A DNA stretch of 64,000 bases, taken from Candidatus Galligastranaerophilus intestinavium (GTDB lineage: Bacteria; Cyanobacteriota; Vampirovibrionia; Gastranaerophilales; Gastranaerophilaceae). Positions 55,796 to 64,000 of this stretch are shown in pieces. The stretch lies in contig DVJQ01000042.1 of the NCBI GenBank assembly GCA_018716625.1, positions 61 through 64,060 of the forward strand. The letters run 5' to 3'. The notes beneath the pieces are model-generated. The model had not been told where the DNA came from. It made no database searches and saw only the letters and a list, made by a program, of their open reading frames with translations. Numbering within the stretch: the stretch's first letter is position 1; every line of letters begins with the position of its first letter. The translations under genes were made by a program, and so were the position numbers.

Positions 55796-56848
55796 TTAAT
55801 TATGAGTTTGTTTTAAGGCTTTGTCAACCTTGTCAGAGTTTCTGTAACCTATTGCGCTTCTGTAGCCCGAAACAAGATACATAACGGGGAGCATCGGCTC
55901 TATCCACTTAACACCTGAGAGCACGCCTGCAGTTGCAATGTCATCCGTATGCAGTGCAATATCGAGCGGTTCAGGTTTTCTTAGCTCTTTTTTATTAGTG
56001 TTGTCTTTGTTGCAGCAAATTTTATTTATAATCGGATTTACGATTTTGTTTCCGATTTGATTTGCAATAAAACTGCCGCCCAGAACACCAACGGTAAGTA
56101 TGCCGCTCAGGATTATCCCCGTCTTTTTAAGCGGGGTCAGCTGTTTGATTATACCCTTCTCGTTTAGTTTTTCAGCCGCAAATAAAAAGGTTCCCGCACC
56201 TACGTTACACAAAAATATGTTTGCAAAAAATTGATAAATTCCCTCTTTAATTTTATTTGTCGTTTTTTCCCTTGTTTGTTCACCCGTCAGTTTATCCGCC
56301 GCAATTCCGCCCGCAATCCCGCTTATTACGGGGATAAAACCCATTACAGAGAGCTTTGAAATTTCACCCATGATATTTTGCGATGTAATATTTTCCTTGT
56401 TTCCAAACAACTTTTCAATAAGCTTTTGCGAGCCTGATTTGTCCTTAATTTCTGCAAGCAGAGTGTCGGTATCTTTAAGGCTTAACATCTTTGTTCTGGC
56501 TTTATTTAAAATGGCTGTTACATCTTCTTTCAGATTGGGGGTTAATTTTACAAAATCATCCACAGCCTGATTTTGCAGCCTTAAAAGCTCATCTTTAGGC
56601 ACGCTTTCAATAAGCTTTTCGCCTTTAATCTTTATAAAATTAGCACCTAAAAGTGATGAGGCGGTAATTGTACCAAGAATTGCGGCGTTTTGTATTGCCC
56701 GTTTTTTCCTGTTTTCTTTTGGCTGCTCAAAAGTATCTTTGACACCGAAACCAAGAGCCGCGGTTGTTAATATAAGGGGCATATGTCTGCTTAAAGTGTT
56801 TGACAGTAATGGCTGATCAAGAAATTTTCCTACCGATGATAGTTTCAT
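55796..56848 (-). CDS. hypothetical membrane protein (350 aa)
   Basis: It has multiple G/A-rich TM segments and SD AAGGAG. It is the first gene of the putative metal-regulated operon. Confidence 0.55.
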   Translation of the reverse strand: MKLSSVGKFLDQPLLSNTLSRHMPLILTTAALGFGVKDTFEQPKENRKKRAIQNAAILGTITASSLLGANFIKIKGEKLIESVPKDELLRLQNQAVDDFVKLTPNLKEDVTAILNKARTKMLSLKDTDTLLAEIKDKSGSQKLIEKLFGNKENITSQNIMGEISKLSVMGFIPVISGIAGGIAADKLTGEQTREKTTNKIKEGIYQFFANIFLCNVGAGTFLFAAEKLNEKGIIKQLTPLKKTGIILSGILTVGVLGGSFIANQIGNKIVNPIINKICCNKDNTNKKELRKPEPLDIALHTDDIATAGVLSGVKWIEPMLPVMYLVSGYRSAIGYRNSDKVDKALKQTHN

Positions 56849-56864
56849 TTTATTCTCCTTACAT

Positions 56865-56927
56865 GTTAGTATTCCCTAACATTTGTTAGACATGCCTAAC
56901 AATATTGCAAACAAAAAACTTTGTCAA
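56865..56927 (-). promoter_or_regulatory. promoter (TTGACA-17-TATTGT) overlapping two tandem GTTAG-N6-CTAAC palindromes (candidate DtxR/MntR operators)
   Basis: The palindromes lie at 56865-56880 and 56885-56900, 20 bp centre to centre. On the minus strand the -35 is at 56922-56927 and the -10 at 56899-56904. GTTAG/CTAAC are the half-site cores of the classical DtxR/IdeR box. Confidence 0.45.
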
Positions 56928-56940
56928 TAGCAGAAAAAAA

Positions 56941-58251
56941 TTACAGAGTAGTATTTTGTGCAATATCGTCGAGATTTTCCACATCAACCTCGCGCAGGAA
57001 GTTTATGTAGCAGGAATAATACTGTGCAAGAGCGTAGGTATAGCCGATAATAATCGACCTGAAAGACTGCTCAATTACTATGAGCGAAGTTAAATCATTT
57101 GTTTTGCCTTCTTCATAGTTCTTTTTGGATGTTTTCATCATAACTTTTGAATCTTCTATAAGGCTGTCGGTGTAGTAGTTCAGATTTACCCTTGCGTTTA
57201 CAAGTTTCTCATAAGCGCTGCTCAGGTTTGCAAACGCGTTGTTTTGAACAGCGGCGTATTTTAGCTCAGCCTTTTCAATTTCAAGTTTTGCATTTTTAAT
57301 CTCAGGCGAGTAATTATACAATAGTGGTATGTTTGTAAGGCCCGCACCAACGTATGCACCATTTAGATATCTTCCCTCATCAGACATGCCGACAGGCTGA
57401 AAAAGATATCCTGCGCTTACTTCAATATCAGGTATTCTCTGACTTGTTGCAATTTTAAGATTATTTTTTGCAACGTCTATTTCCTTTTGCGCAATTTTAA
57501 GGTCAAATCTGTGCTGCTCCGCAAGAGCCAGAATATCATTGAAAGAAGGAAGCGGAGATTTTGGCGAGGGGGTTAAAAGCTTTGTAAAGCCAGCATCATC
57601 GTCAAATGTTTCCACAATTGAATCATATATAGGGTCGGTATCCATAACACTGTTAAATTCAAAGCGTGCTGCCATAATGTTTGTGCGAGCCGTATTAAGC
57701 TGGGTTTTTACATGGTTTAGCGAAATATTTGCCTGAATAACATCTGTTTCTGTGGCTTTTCCTGCCTTATATCTTAATTTAACAATTCTGTTTAATTCTG
57801 TTAGAGATTTTTCCTCCATCTCTAAAGATTCAACAATTGATTTAGCACTCACAAGGTTAATATATGCTTCTCTGACATCCATTTTAAGGTCAAAGTTTTT
57901 ATATTTTGCGTTTTCTTCGCTAACGTTATAGCTTGCCTGCGCACTTTTTTTTCTGTGTTTTCGTTTAAAAAGCTCTATTACCTGAGATATTCCGATTGAG
58001 TGCGGGTTGCCCGACCCTGCTTCGCCCATATTCCAATACGTACCAAAGCTTGGGTTTTGTAGACGATTAGCTGCTTTTATAGAATTTTTTGCAATTTGAA
58101 CATCGATGTTCTGAGCCTGCAAGTCAATACTGTTTTCAATTGCTATATTAATTGCTTCGTCAAGAGTAATCTTTGCAATGTCTTCAATAGCATAAGAAGA
58201 AGTGCAAAAACACAGTAATATTAAGATTGTAAATGCGGCTTTAAAATTCAA
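56941..58251 (-). CDS. TolC-family outer membrane efflux protein
   Basis: A signal peptide is followed by two repeated halves of alpha-helical/beta-barrel pattern (LTLDEAINIAIENS..., ...LDVAKNNLKIA...). Confidence 0.8.
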   Translation of the reverse strand: MNFKAAFTILILLCFCTSSYAIEDIAKITLDEAINIAIENSIDLQAQNIDVQIAKNSIKAANRLQNPSFGTYWNMGEAGSGNPHSIGISQVIELFKRKHRKKSAQASYNVSEENAKYKNFDLKMDVREAYINLVSAKSIVESLEMEEKSLTELNRIVKLRYKAGKATETDVIQANISLNHVKTQLNTARTNIMAARFEFNSVMDTDPIYDSIVETFDDDAGFTKLLTPSPKSPLPSFNDILALAEQHRFDLKIAQKEIDVAKNNLKIATSQRIPDIEVSAGYLFQPVGMSDEGRYLNGAYVGAGLTNIPLLYNYSPEIKNAKLEIEKAELKYAAVQNNAFANLSSAYEKLVNARVNLNYYTDSLIEDSKVMMKTSKKNYEEGKTNDLTSLIVIEQSFRSIIIGYTYALAQYYSCYINFLREVDVENLDDIAQNTTL

Positions 58252-58342
58252 CTCTCACTCTTTATAAAAATATACGCCTTTATATAATAACATTAATATT
58301 AAGTTCTGGCATGTTTTTTGTAATTCTGTTATTGTGAGGTAT

Positions 58343-59701
58343 ATGAAAAGTTATGAATTCAGATTATATTTTAGTGCCCTGATGGCGGCACTTGGCGGCT
58401 TGTTGTCTGGTTATGACACAGGCGTTATATCAGGGGCTTTGTTGTACATAAATCAAACTTGGGATTTAAGCGTATCTCAACAAGGCTTTTTAGTTAGTTC
58501 AGTATTAATAGGAGCTCTTTTAGGTGCTGCCTCAAACGGAGTTTTAGCGGATATATTCGGCAGAAAAAAAATAATAATTGCCACTTCAATTATGTTTTTT
58601 GCAGGTTCAATACTGTGCGCTGTCGCGCAAAGTCCTATGGCACTTATTCTTTCAAGGATGTTTACCGGTTTTGCTGTTGGTGCTGTTAACTTTGCAGCCC
58701 CGCTTTATTTATCGGAAGTTTCACCAAAAGAAAAAAGAGGCATGTTTGTTTCGCTCTTTCAGCTTGCAATAACAGCAGGGATATTATTTTCCTATCTTAT
58801 AAACTCCGCTTTTGCAAATTTTGAATACTCCTGGCGACTTATGCTTTTGGCGGGCATTGCCCCTGCTGCTCTGTTATTTACAGGCATGCTATTCTTAGAT
58901 GATACTCCGCGCTGGCTTGTGCTAAAAGGCAGAGATAATGAGGCAAAAGAAGCATTTAGAAAAATTCAGGGCGACATTGATGTTGACTTGGAAATAACAG
59001 AGATTAAAAAATCATTTGATAAAAAAGATAATTCTAAATTCAAATTTCAAAAATGGTTAATAATGCCTTTTGTAGTAGGTATAGGTATTATGTTTGCACA
59101 AATTTGTACAGGTGTTAACACAATAATTTACTATGCGCCTACGATATTTAAGCTTGCAGGATTTGACAGCAATCAAACGGCAATATATGCAACAAGCTTG
59201 ATTGGTATTGTTAATTTTCTGATGACATTTGTTGCAATTGCGTACAGCGATAAAATCGGAAGAAAACCCTTGTTATACATTGGCTTAACAGGAGTAATGC
59301 TCAGCCTTATTGTCATGAGCTGCGTGTTTGCATTTGCCTCATCATTAGGCGCATATATAAAATGGTTTGCTGTAGGCAGTCTACTATTCTATATTGTTTG
59401 TTTTGCATTCAGTTTGGGGCCGATTGGCATGACTTTAATATCTGAAGTATTCCCGCTAAAAGTCCGCGGAGTAGGTATGAGTATATGTATGGTGTCTAAC
59501 TTTGTATTTAATTTTATTATCACTTATTCTTTTCCGATTATGCTCAAAAATACGGGCGCTGCAAACACATTTATGATTTTTGTTGTAATTTGTATAATAT
59601 GCTTATTCTTTGTCTATTTCTTTGTTCCGGAAACAAGGGGTATTGCACTTGAACAAATCGAAGAAAATTGGAAAAACGGAGTGCGCGCTCGAGATTTTTA
59701 G
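58343..59701 (+). CDS. sugar porter family MFS transporter
   Basis: GGLLSGYDTGVISGAL, GRKK, PRWL, PETRG. ATG 58343 follows GAGGT. Confidence 0.85.
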   Translation: MKSYEFRLYFSALMAALGGLLSGYDTGVISGALLYINQTWDLSVSQQGFLVSSVLIGALLGAASNGVLADIFGRKKIIIATSIMFFAGSILCAVAQSPMALILSRMFTGFAVGAVNFAAPLYLSEVSPKEKRGMFVSLFQLAITAGILFSYLINSAFANFEYSWRLMLLAGIAPAALLFTGMLFLDDTPRWLVLKGRDNEAKEAFRKIQGDIDVDLEITEIKKSFDKKDNSKFKFQKWLIMPFVVGIGIMFAQICTGVNTIIYYAPTIFKLAGFDSNQTAIYATSLIGIVNFLMTFVAIAYSDKIGRKPLLYIGLTGVMLSLIVMSCVFAFASSLGAYIKWFAVGSLLFYIVCFAFSLGPIGMTLISEVFPLKVRGVGMSICMVSNFVFNFIITYSFPIMLKNTGAANTFMIFVVICIICLFFVYFFVPETRGIALEQIEENWKNGVRARDF

Positions 59702-61008
59702 ATGTACTCGCTGTGGAATTTCCAAGCTTTAAATGTTTTTGAAAAATAAGTCGGCTCGAGTCCGGCTTTTTGTTTTAGCGAATATAAAAAGAGTTTTTTG
59801 TCAGATAACTGTTCCCATACACTTGGTAAATACAGTGCGCGATATTGCCCATCCTGTATTATAAGACCGTCTTTGCAGGGTATTATTTTATCAAGTAAAT
59901 CCTCCTCGGAAGAAAAATGAATTTCATAAGGCTCGCTTAAAAGGGAGATTTTTATATCAATTTCGCTTAATTCGCTTTCATTAAGAGGGTTAAATCTTGT
60001 ATCGGAATATGCGCTTAAATATGCGTTATGTATCAAATCCGCAATTAATGGTCTGTGTGCGCATGATGAACCTATACAACCTCTCAGTTTGTTGTTTTTT
60101 TGCAGTGTAACAAAGCTTGCACCAAATTGGTTTAGAACACAGGGGTAATTTTTAAGCGTCACATTACCCTTACTTTTTATCGAGTTATAGGCAATTTCTT
60201 TCAATAAATTTCCAAAATATTTTGCTATATATGTATTTTTTTCACCTTCATATAAAAGCCAAGAACCATAGCCCACAACTCTTGACTTGTCGTTTGCTGC
60301 AGATGACGAGTTTCTCATATCAAGCCTTATAAAAGAGTAATTTTTTTCTTGTGCAAATTTCAGCGCCCCTATAATTGATGCAGCGCCGCATGCCTGCTGT
60401 GGGTGAAATTTTCTATAATCATTTGATTCAATCATATATGCACTAATCTCATCGAGTTTTTTTGCCTGAGTATCGCTCAGGTAGTGACTTAAATCGCTTG
60501 ATATAACAAAAGAACAGCTTTTATCATTCCAATATTTTGAAATAATGTTATTTACAACAGATGTACCGTTTTGCCCTACAATAACAGGTATTATTTTGAA
60601 ATTTTTATGCAAATACTGCAATATGGGCAGCTGAACCTCTATAGCATGTTCATCTTCAAAAGCTATATTATTTATTTCAACTTGGAGTTCAGATATTATA
60701 TCTTTATTTAGTTCAACTTCGCCAAGTGGAGTTAAAAAAGAGTCATAATCACATATTGCAGCTGTGTTCACATAGGCTTTATGCGCAGGAGAGAATATAA
60801 AAATATTTTCACCTTTTATGTGTTTAAGTGCCTGATATGCACATCTTGCAGAATAAATATAGCCGGCATGGGGGGATATTACAAGTTGGGAGATGTAATT
60901 TGAATCAATTTTTATGTCATTTTCGTACTGTTTAAACAAATTAAGCAGTTCATCAGTGTTATTTGGATAAAACCTGCCTGCGACTGAGGGATTTTTGATT
61001 TTTTTCAT
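59698..61008 (-). CDS. fusion of an AmmeMemoRadiSam system protein B (Memo-like) with protein A (AMMECR1 domain)
   Basis: The N-terminal half has SVAGRFYP...ISPHAGYIYS (Memo/dioxygenase-like). The C-terminal half has GASFVTLQKNNKLRGCIGS (AMMECR1). ATG 61008 follows GGAGTAAGA. Confidence 0.85.
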   Translation of the reverse strand: MKKIKNPSVAGRFYPNNTDELLNLFKQYENDIKIDSNYISQLVISPHAGYIYSARCAYQALKHIKGENIFIFSPAHKAYVNTAAICDYDSFLTPLGEVELNKDIISELQVEINNIAFEDEHAIEVQLPILQYLHKNFKIIPVIVGQNGTSVVNNIISKYWNDKSCSFVISSDLSHYLSDTQAKKLDEISAYMIESNDYRKFHPQQACGAASIIGALKFAQEKNYSFIRLDMRNSSSAANDKSRVVGYGSWLLYEGEKNTYIAKYFGNLLKEIAYNSIKSKGNVTLKNYPCVLNQFGASFVTLQKNNKLRGCIGSSCAHRPLIADLIHNAYLSAYSDTRFNPLNESELSEIDIKISLLSEPYEIHFSSEEDLLDKIIPCKDGLIIQDGQYRALYLPSVWEQLSDKKLFLYSLKQKAGLEPTYFSKTFKAWKFHSEYI

Positions 61009-61048
61009 TCTTACTCCGATATTTTCTAAAATCAATTATAATATATTT

Positions 61049-62050
61049 ATGGAGTATTTTACAAAGTTTGACGATAACACCTTAATTTGCGATGTATGTC
61101 CAAGACATTGCAGACTAAAAGTCGGGCAGAGCGGTTTTTGTAAAGTCAGAAAAAATACGGGTGAAAAAATTGAACTTGAATCTTACGGACACATAACCCT
61201 GCCTGCAATTGACCCTGTTGAAAAAAAGCCGCTGTACCATTTTTTCCCTTCATCAAAAATCCTCTCCTTTGGTACATACGGGTGCAATATGGGGTGCAGA
61301 TTTTGTCAAAATTACAATATAACAAAAACTCAAAACAATCCGTTTTTACTTCCAAAAGCTACGCCAAAAGAGCTTGTTAAAATTGCTAAAAAATATAACT
61401 GCAAAAGTATTGCCTTTACTTATAATGACCCTGTAGTCTTTTTTGATTATGCAATTGATGTCGCAAATTTGGCTCGTAGCGAAGGAATTTACACAGTTGC
61501 CGTAAGTGCGGGATATATATGTGCTAAGGCAAGAGAGCAGTTGTTTTCAAAAATGGATGCTATAAATCTTGATTTAAAATCGTTTTCAAGAGATTTTTAC
61601 AGAAAAAATTGTCTTGCCGATCTTGATGTTGTGCTTGATACAATTAAATATGTTCACGATAATACAAACGCTTGGCTTGAGATTACAACACTTTTAATTG
61701 AAGGACAAAACGACTCAGACAACGAGCTTGAGGCAATGTGTAAATGGCTTGTAGAAAATGTAGGCGTTAATGTTCCGCTGCATTTTAGCGCTTTTCATGG
61801 TGCATATAAATTTTCAAATATGCCTCCCACAAAATATACAACACTTAAAAGAGCCTATGACATTGCGCGCTCTATGGGGATAAATTATGTTTATACCGGT
61901 AACATTATAAACACAGAAACATCTTGCACATATTGTAGAAAATGCGGTGCAAAACTAATAGAGCGCGAGAGATTTCAAGTTACAAATTATAATCTTGATA
62001 AACTCTCGCGCTGCAAAAAATGTTCTACAAAACTTGACGGTTGTTTTTAA
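61049..62050 (+). CDS. AmmeMemoRadiSam system radical SAM enzyme
   Basis: CDVCPRHCRLKVGQSGFCKVRKN is the N-terminal Cys motif, and GCNMGCRFCQNYNI is the CxxxCxxC motif. It is divergent from the Memo-AMMECR1 gene. Confidence 0.85.
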   Translation: MEYFTKFDDNTLICDVCPRHCRLKVGQSGFCKVRKNTGEKIELESYGHITLPAIDPVEKKPLYHFFPSSKILSFGTYGCNMGCRFCQNYNITKTQNNPFLLPKATPKELVKIAKKYNCKSIAFTYNDPVVFFDYAIDVANLARSEGIYTVAVSAGYICAKAREQLFSKMDAINLDLKSFSRDFYRKNCLADLDVVLDTIKYVHDNTNAWLEITTLLIEGQNDSDNELEAMCKWLVENVGVNVPLHFSAFHGAYKFSNMPPTKYTTLKRAYDIARSMGINYVYTGNIINTETSCTYCRKCGAKLIERERFQVTNYNLDKLSRCKKCSTKLDGCF

Positions 62051-63496
62051 CTATACAATAGGCTTAGAGTCTTTTGTAAAGTCGTTTATGGTTTTTGTCG
62101 CGGTTCTTACCGTATTAAGACAGTCATTCCCGCCGACACAGCCGCCTTCGCAACACATAACCTCAATTAAATTACCAAATTCACACTCGCCTTTTTTGGC
62201 AAATCCTTTTAGTGCTCTTATTGATTCTTTGTTTATTCCGTTTACAAGGTAAGGTTTAATTTCACTTTTGCCGTTATCTGCAACTTCAACGGATTTTGCA
62301 ACTCCGCCCGTTATGCCAAAATTCCTTCCCTCGCGAGATGCCTCTACTTCAAAAGGTGTTCCTTCAAGCTCACTAAGCTCGATTTTATGAGCAATAAAGA
62401 GTGCACCCAATTCTTCATAGTTCATAACATAGTCAATATTTTCGTTTTTTAAAGCCTCGCTTTTTTTGGCAACGCAAGGTGACACAAAAACACTTATTGC
62501 ATCAGGATATTTTTCTTTGCAAATTTCAGCAGTATAGTATGCCGGAGTTTTTGTTTCAGATCTAAATGGCGCAATCTCGCCCAAATGTTTGTCTACAAGA
62601 TTGTTATAACCTGCACAACATGAGGTTGTCATAAATTTCTGCCCGTTTTCAATTCTTTCACTAAATTCTTTAGCTTCGTTTAATGCAGTTACATCAGCCC
62701 CTTGCGCAACTTCAAGCACATCATAGAACCCGCATTTTAAAAGCGCTGTTTTTAGCTGATATATTGTACAAGGCAGCTGTCCTGCTATAGATGGAGCAAT
62801 CATTGCAACAACTTTTTTGCCTTGTTTTATTTTTGTAAGGATGTCAATTATTTGACTTTTTTCATGAATTGCACCAAAAGGACAAGCGCTCACGCATTTT
62901 CCGCATGTTATGCATTTGTCAAAATCAATTCTTGCATGCCCTTGTTCGTCTTTTGAAATAGCGTCTACAGGACAAGCATTTTCACAAGGAACAACGATTT
63001 TTACAATTGCATGATATGGGCAGACCTGTATACATTTTGTGCAATTTTTACATTTTGAACTGTCAATTTGAGATTTACCGTTTACAATTGAAATTGCGCC
63101 AAATTTACAATTTTCAAGACAAGGGCGAGCAACGCAACCCTGACACAAATCCGTAACAAATATTCTGTTAGGTACACAACCTTTGCACGCTGATTCAAGA
63201 ACGGTTAAAGTTTGCTCATCCGGCTTTTCACGCTTTTGTGCTTCTTTTGCATAGTTTGAAAGTAAAACTCTCTCGTCAGAGCCTTCTATAGGAAACCCGA
63301 GTGTTGCAATAATTCTGTTTCTTAAAATTTCTCTTTCTTTATATATACAGCACCTGTAGGGCACCTCATGTCCCTTAGGGCGCATTTCAAAAGGTATTAA
63401 TCTTGTATTTTCTTCAAAATTGTCTGATAAAAACGCTTTTATTGTTTTTACCAATATTTCTTTTTTTAAGTGAGCTGCCTGATTATTCTTGTCCAT
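62051..63496 (-). CDS. [FeFe]-hydrogenase-family protein with N-terminal ferredoxin-type clusters
   Basis: There are three 4Fe-4S CxxCxxCxxxC(P) motifs. The H-cluster motifs are L1 TSCCAGY, L2 SPCVAKKSE and L3 EVMCCEGGCVGG. Confidence 0.8.
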   Translation of the reverse strand: MDKNNQAAHLKKEILVKTIKAFLSDNFEENTRLIPFEMRPKGHEVPYRCCIYKEREILRNRIIATLGFPIEGSDERVLLSNYAKEAQKREKPDEQTLTVLESACKGCVPNRIFVTDLCQGCVARPCLENCKFGAISIVNGKSQIDSSKCKNCTKCIQVCPYHAIVKIVVPCENACPVDAISKDEQGHARIDFDKCITCGKCVSACPFGAIHEKSQIIDILTKIKQGKKVVAMIAPSIAGQLPCTIYQLKTALLKCGFYDVLEVAQGADVTALNEAKEFSERIENGQKFMTTSCCAGYNNLVDKHLGEIAPFRSETKTPAYYTAEICKEKYPDAISVFVSPCVAKKSEALKNENIDYVMNYEELGALFIAHKIELSELEGTPFEVEASREGRNFGITGGVAKSVEVADNGKSEIKPYLVNGINKESIRALKGFAKKGECEFGNLIEVMCCEGGCVGGNDCLNTVRTATKTINDFTKDSKPIV

Positions 63497-63746
63497 TTTT
63501 CAACTTTCTTTCAATTACTTCCATAACCTTTTCCACAGTTGCTTTATTAACAACTTCATCATCAACCAATACATAAGGAGCCTGTGACTCTGAACATCTG
63601 GAGCAATAGTCAAGACATGTTACACCCTGAATTTCCACACTGTTGCCAAATTTCTCAGGGATCAGTTCTTCCAGTTCTTGCAATTCAGAGGCACCCATTA
63701 CAAAACATGTAGTACCCATGCATATCTTAACAACTGTTTTTTTCAT
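63483..63746 (-). CDS. thioredoxin-like [2Fe-2S] ferredoxin (NuoE/HndA-like)
   Basis: CMGTTCFVMGA...CLDYCS provides four Cys residues in the NuoE-type arrangement. The gene overlaps the hydrogenase gene. Confidence 0.65.
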   Translation of the reverse strand: MKKTVVKICMGTTCFVMGASELQELEELIPEKFGNSVEIQGVTCLDYCSRCSESQAPYVLVDDEVVNKATVEKVMEVIERKLKNGQE

Positions 63747-63755
63747 TTCATCTCC

Positions 63756-64000
63756 TTATATATAACGAACGGTGACTTTTTTAATATACTTGTTTTCAAG
63801 AATTTTTGCCATCTTTTTTATTATATTTTTACGTATTTCGATTTCTATGGGTAAATTAGGATCGTAATGTGCCTGATTTAATTTTGCACCAACCATAAAT
63901 TCTATGCAATCACTGCTTAGTAAAAATTGCATTAACTCATATGCGGCATTTTTTTCTTTATCGTTAAAACCGCTCTCAAGGTATTCTACAGTCTTTGTAA
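63756..64000 (-). CDS. 3' part of an unidentified gene (the start lies beyond the window)
   Basis: The minus strand reads open from 64000 to TAA at 63756-63758: ...TKTVEYLESGFNDKEKNAAYELMQF...KKVTVRYI. It is not in the ORF track because it is truncated. Confidence 0.45.
   Translation of the reverse strand, partial: TKTVEYLESGFNDKEKNAAYELMQFLLSSDCIEFMVGAKLNQAHYDPNLPIEIEIRKNIIKKMAKILENKYIKKVTVRYI

Noticed and set aside
1-64000. CRISPR arrays, rRNA genes, IS elements with terminal inverted repeats
   Set aside because: I found no regularly spaced direct repeats, no rRNA-like sequence and no transposase ORFs anywhere in the window.

Overview
AT-rich bacterial chromosome segment from an apparent anaerobic fermenter. 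It carries pflBA, nrdDG, an [FeFe]-hydrogenase, gatB/gatC, clpC and prepilin-like proteins. A Melainabacteria- or Cyanobacteria-related lineage is my guess only. The window has two parts.

(1) Positions 1 to about 10.7 kb are the right end of an integrated mobile element. It abuts the 3' end of tRNA-Asn(GTT) and runs off the left edge. It encodes a large serine recombinase, a small FimB/E-sized tyrosine recombinase, a Bro-N/DinD-like protein, a three-gene cassette of unknown function, and a tight five-gene operon. That operon encodes a HEPN-like+CBS protein, an unknown protein, a DUF2997-like protein, an NrdG-family radical SAM protein and a CDC48-type AAA+ ATPase. I cannot assign this operon to any described system. 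Just upstream, exact 22-bp inverted repeats flank a 149-bp segment carrying a near-consensus promoter that currently points away from the operon. With the adjacent tyrosine recombinase, this looks like an invertible phase-variation switch. This is my top candidate for a novel (defence or conflict?) system.

(2) Positions 10.7 to 64 kb are core chromosome: GT2, YtxH/DUF948 proteins, lpd-lipA, rimO, pyrG, gatC, response regulators, many lineage-specific hypothetical proteins, tRNA-Leu, gatB, a B12-binding radical SAM protein, a two-component system, fba, rpiB, clpC, tRNA-Ser, pflAB, a probable cobalamin riboswitch before nrdDG, a DtxR/MntR-regulated TolC/MFS cluster, a sugar porter, an AmmeMemoRadiSam locus with fused B-A proteins, and an [FeFe]-hydrogenase.

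All calls come from reading the translations and the DNA by eye. No database searches were run.
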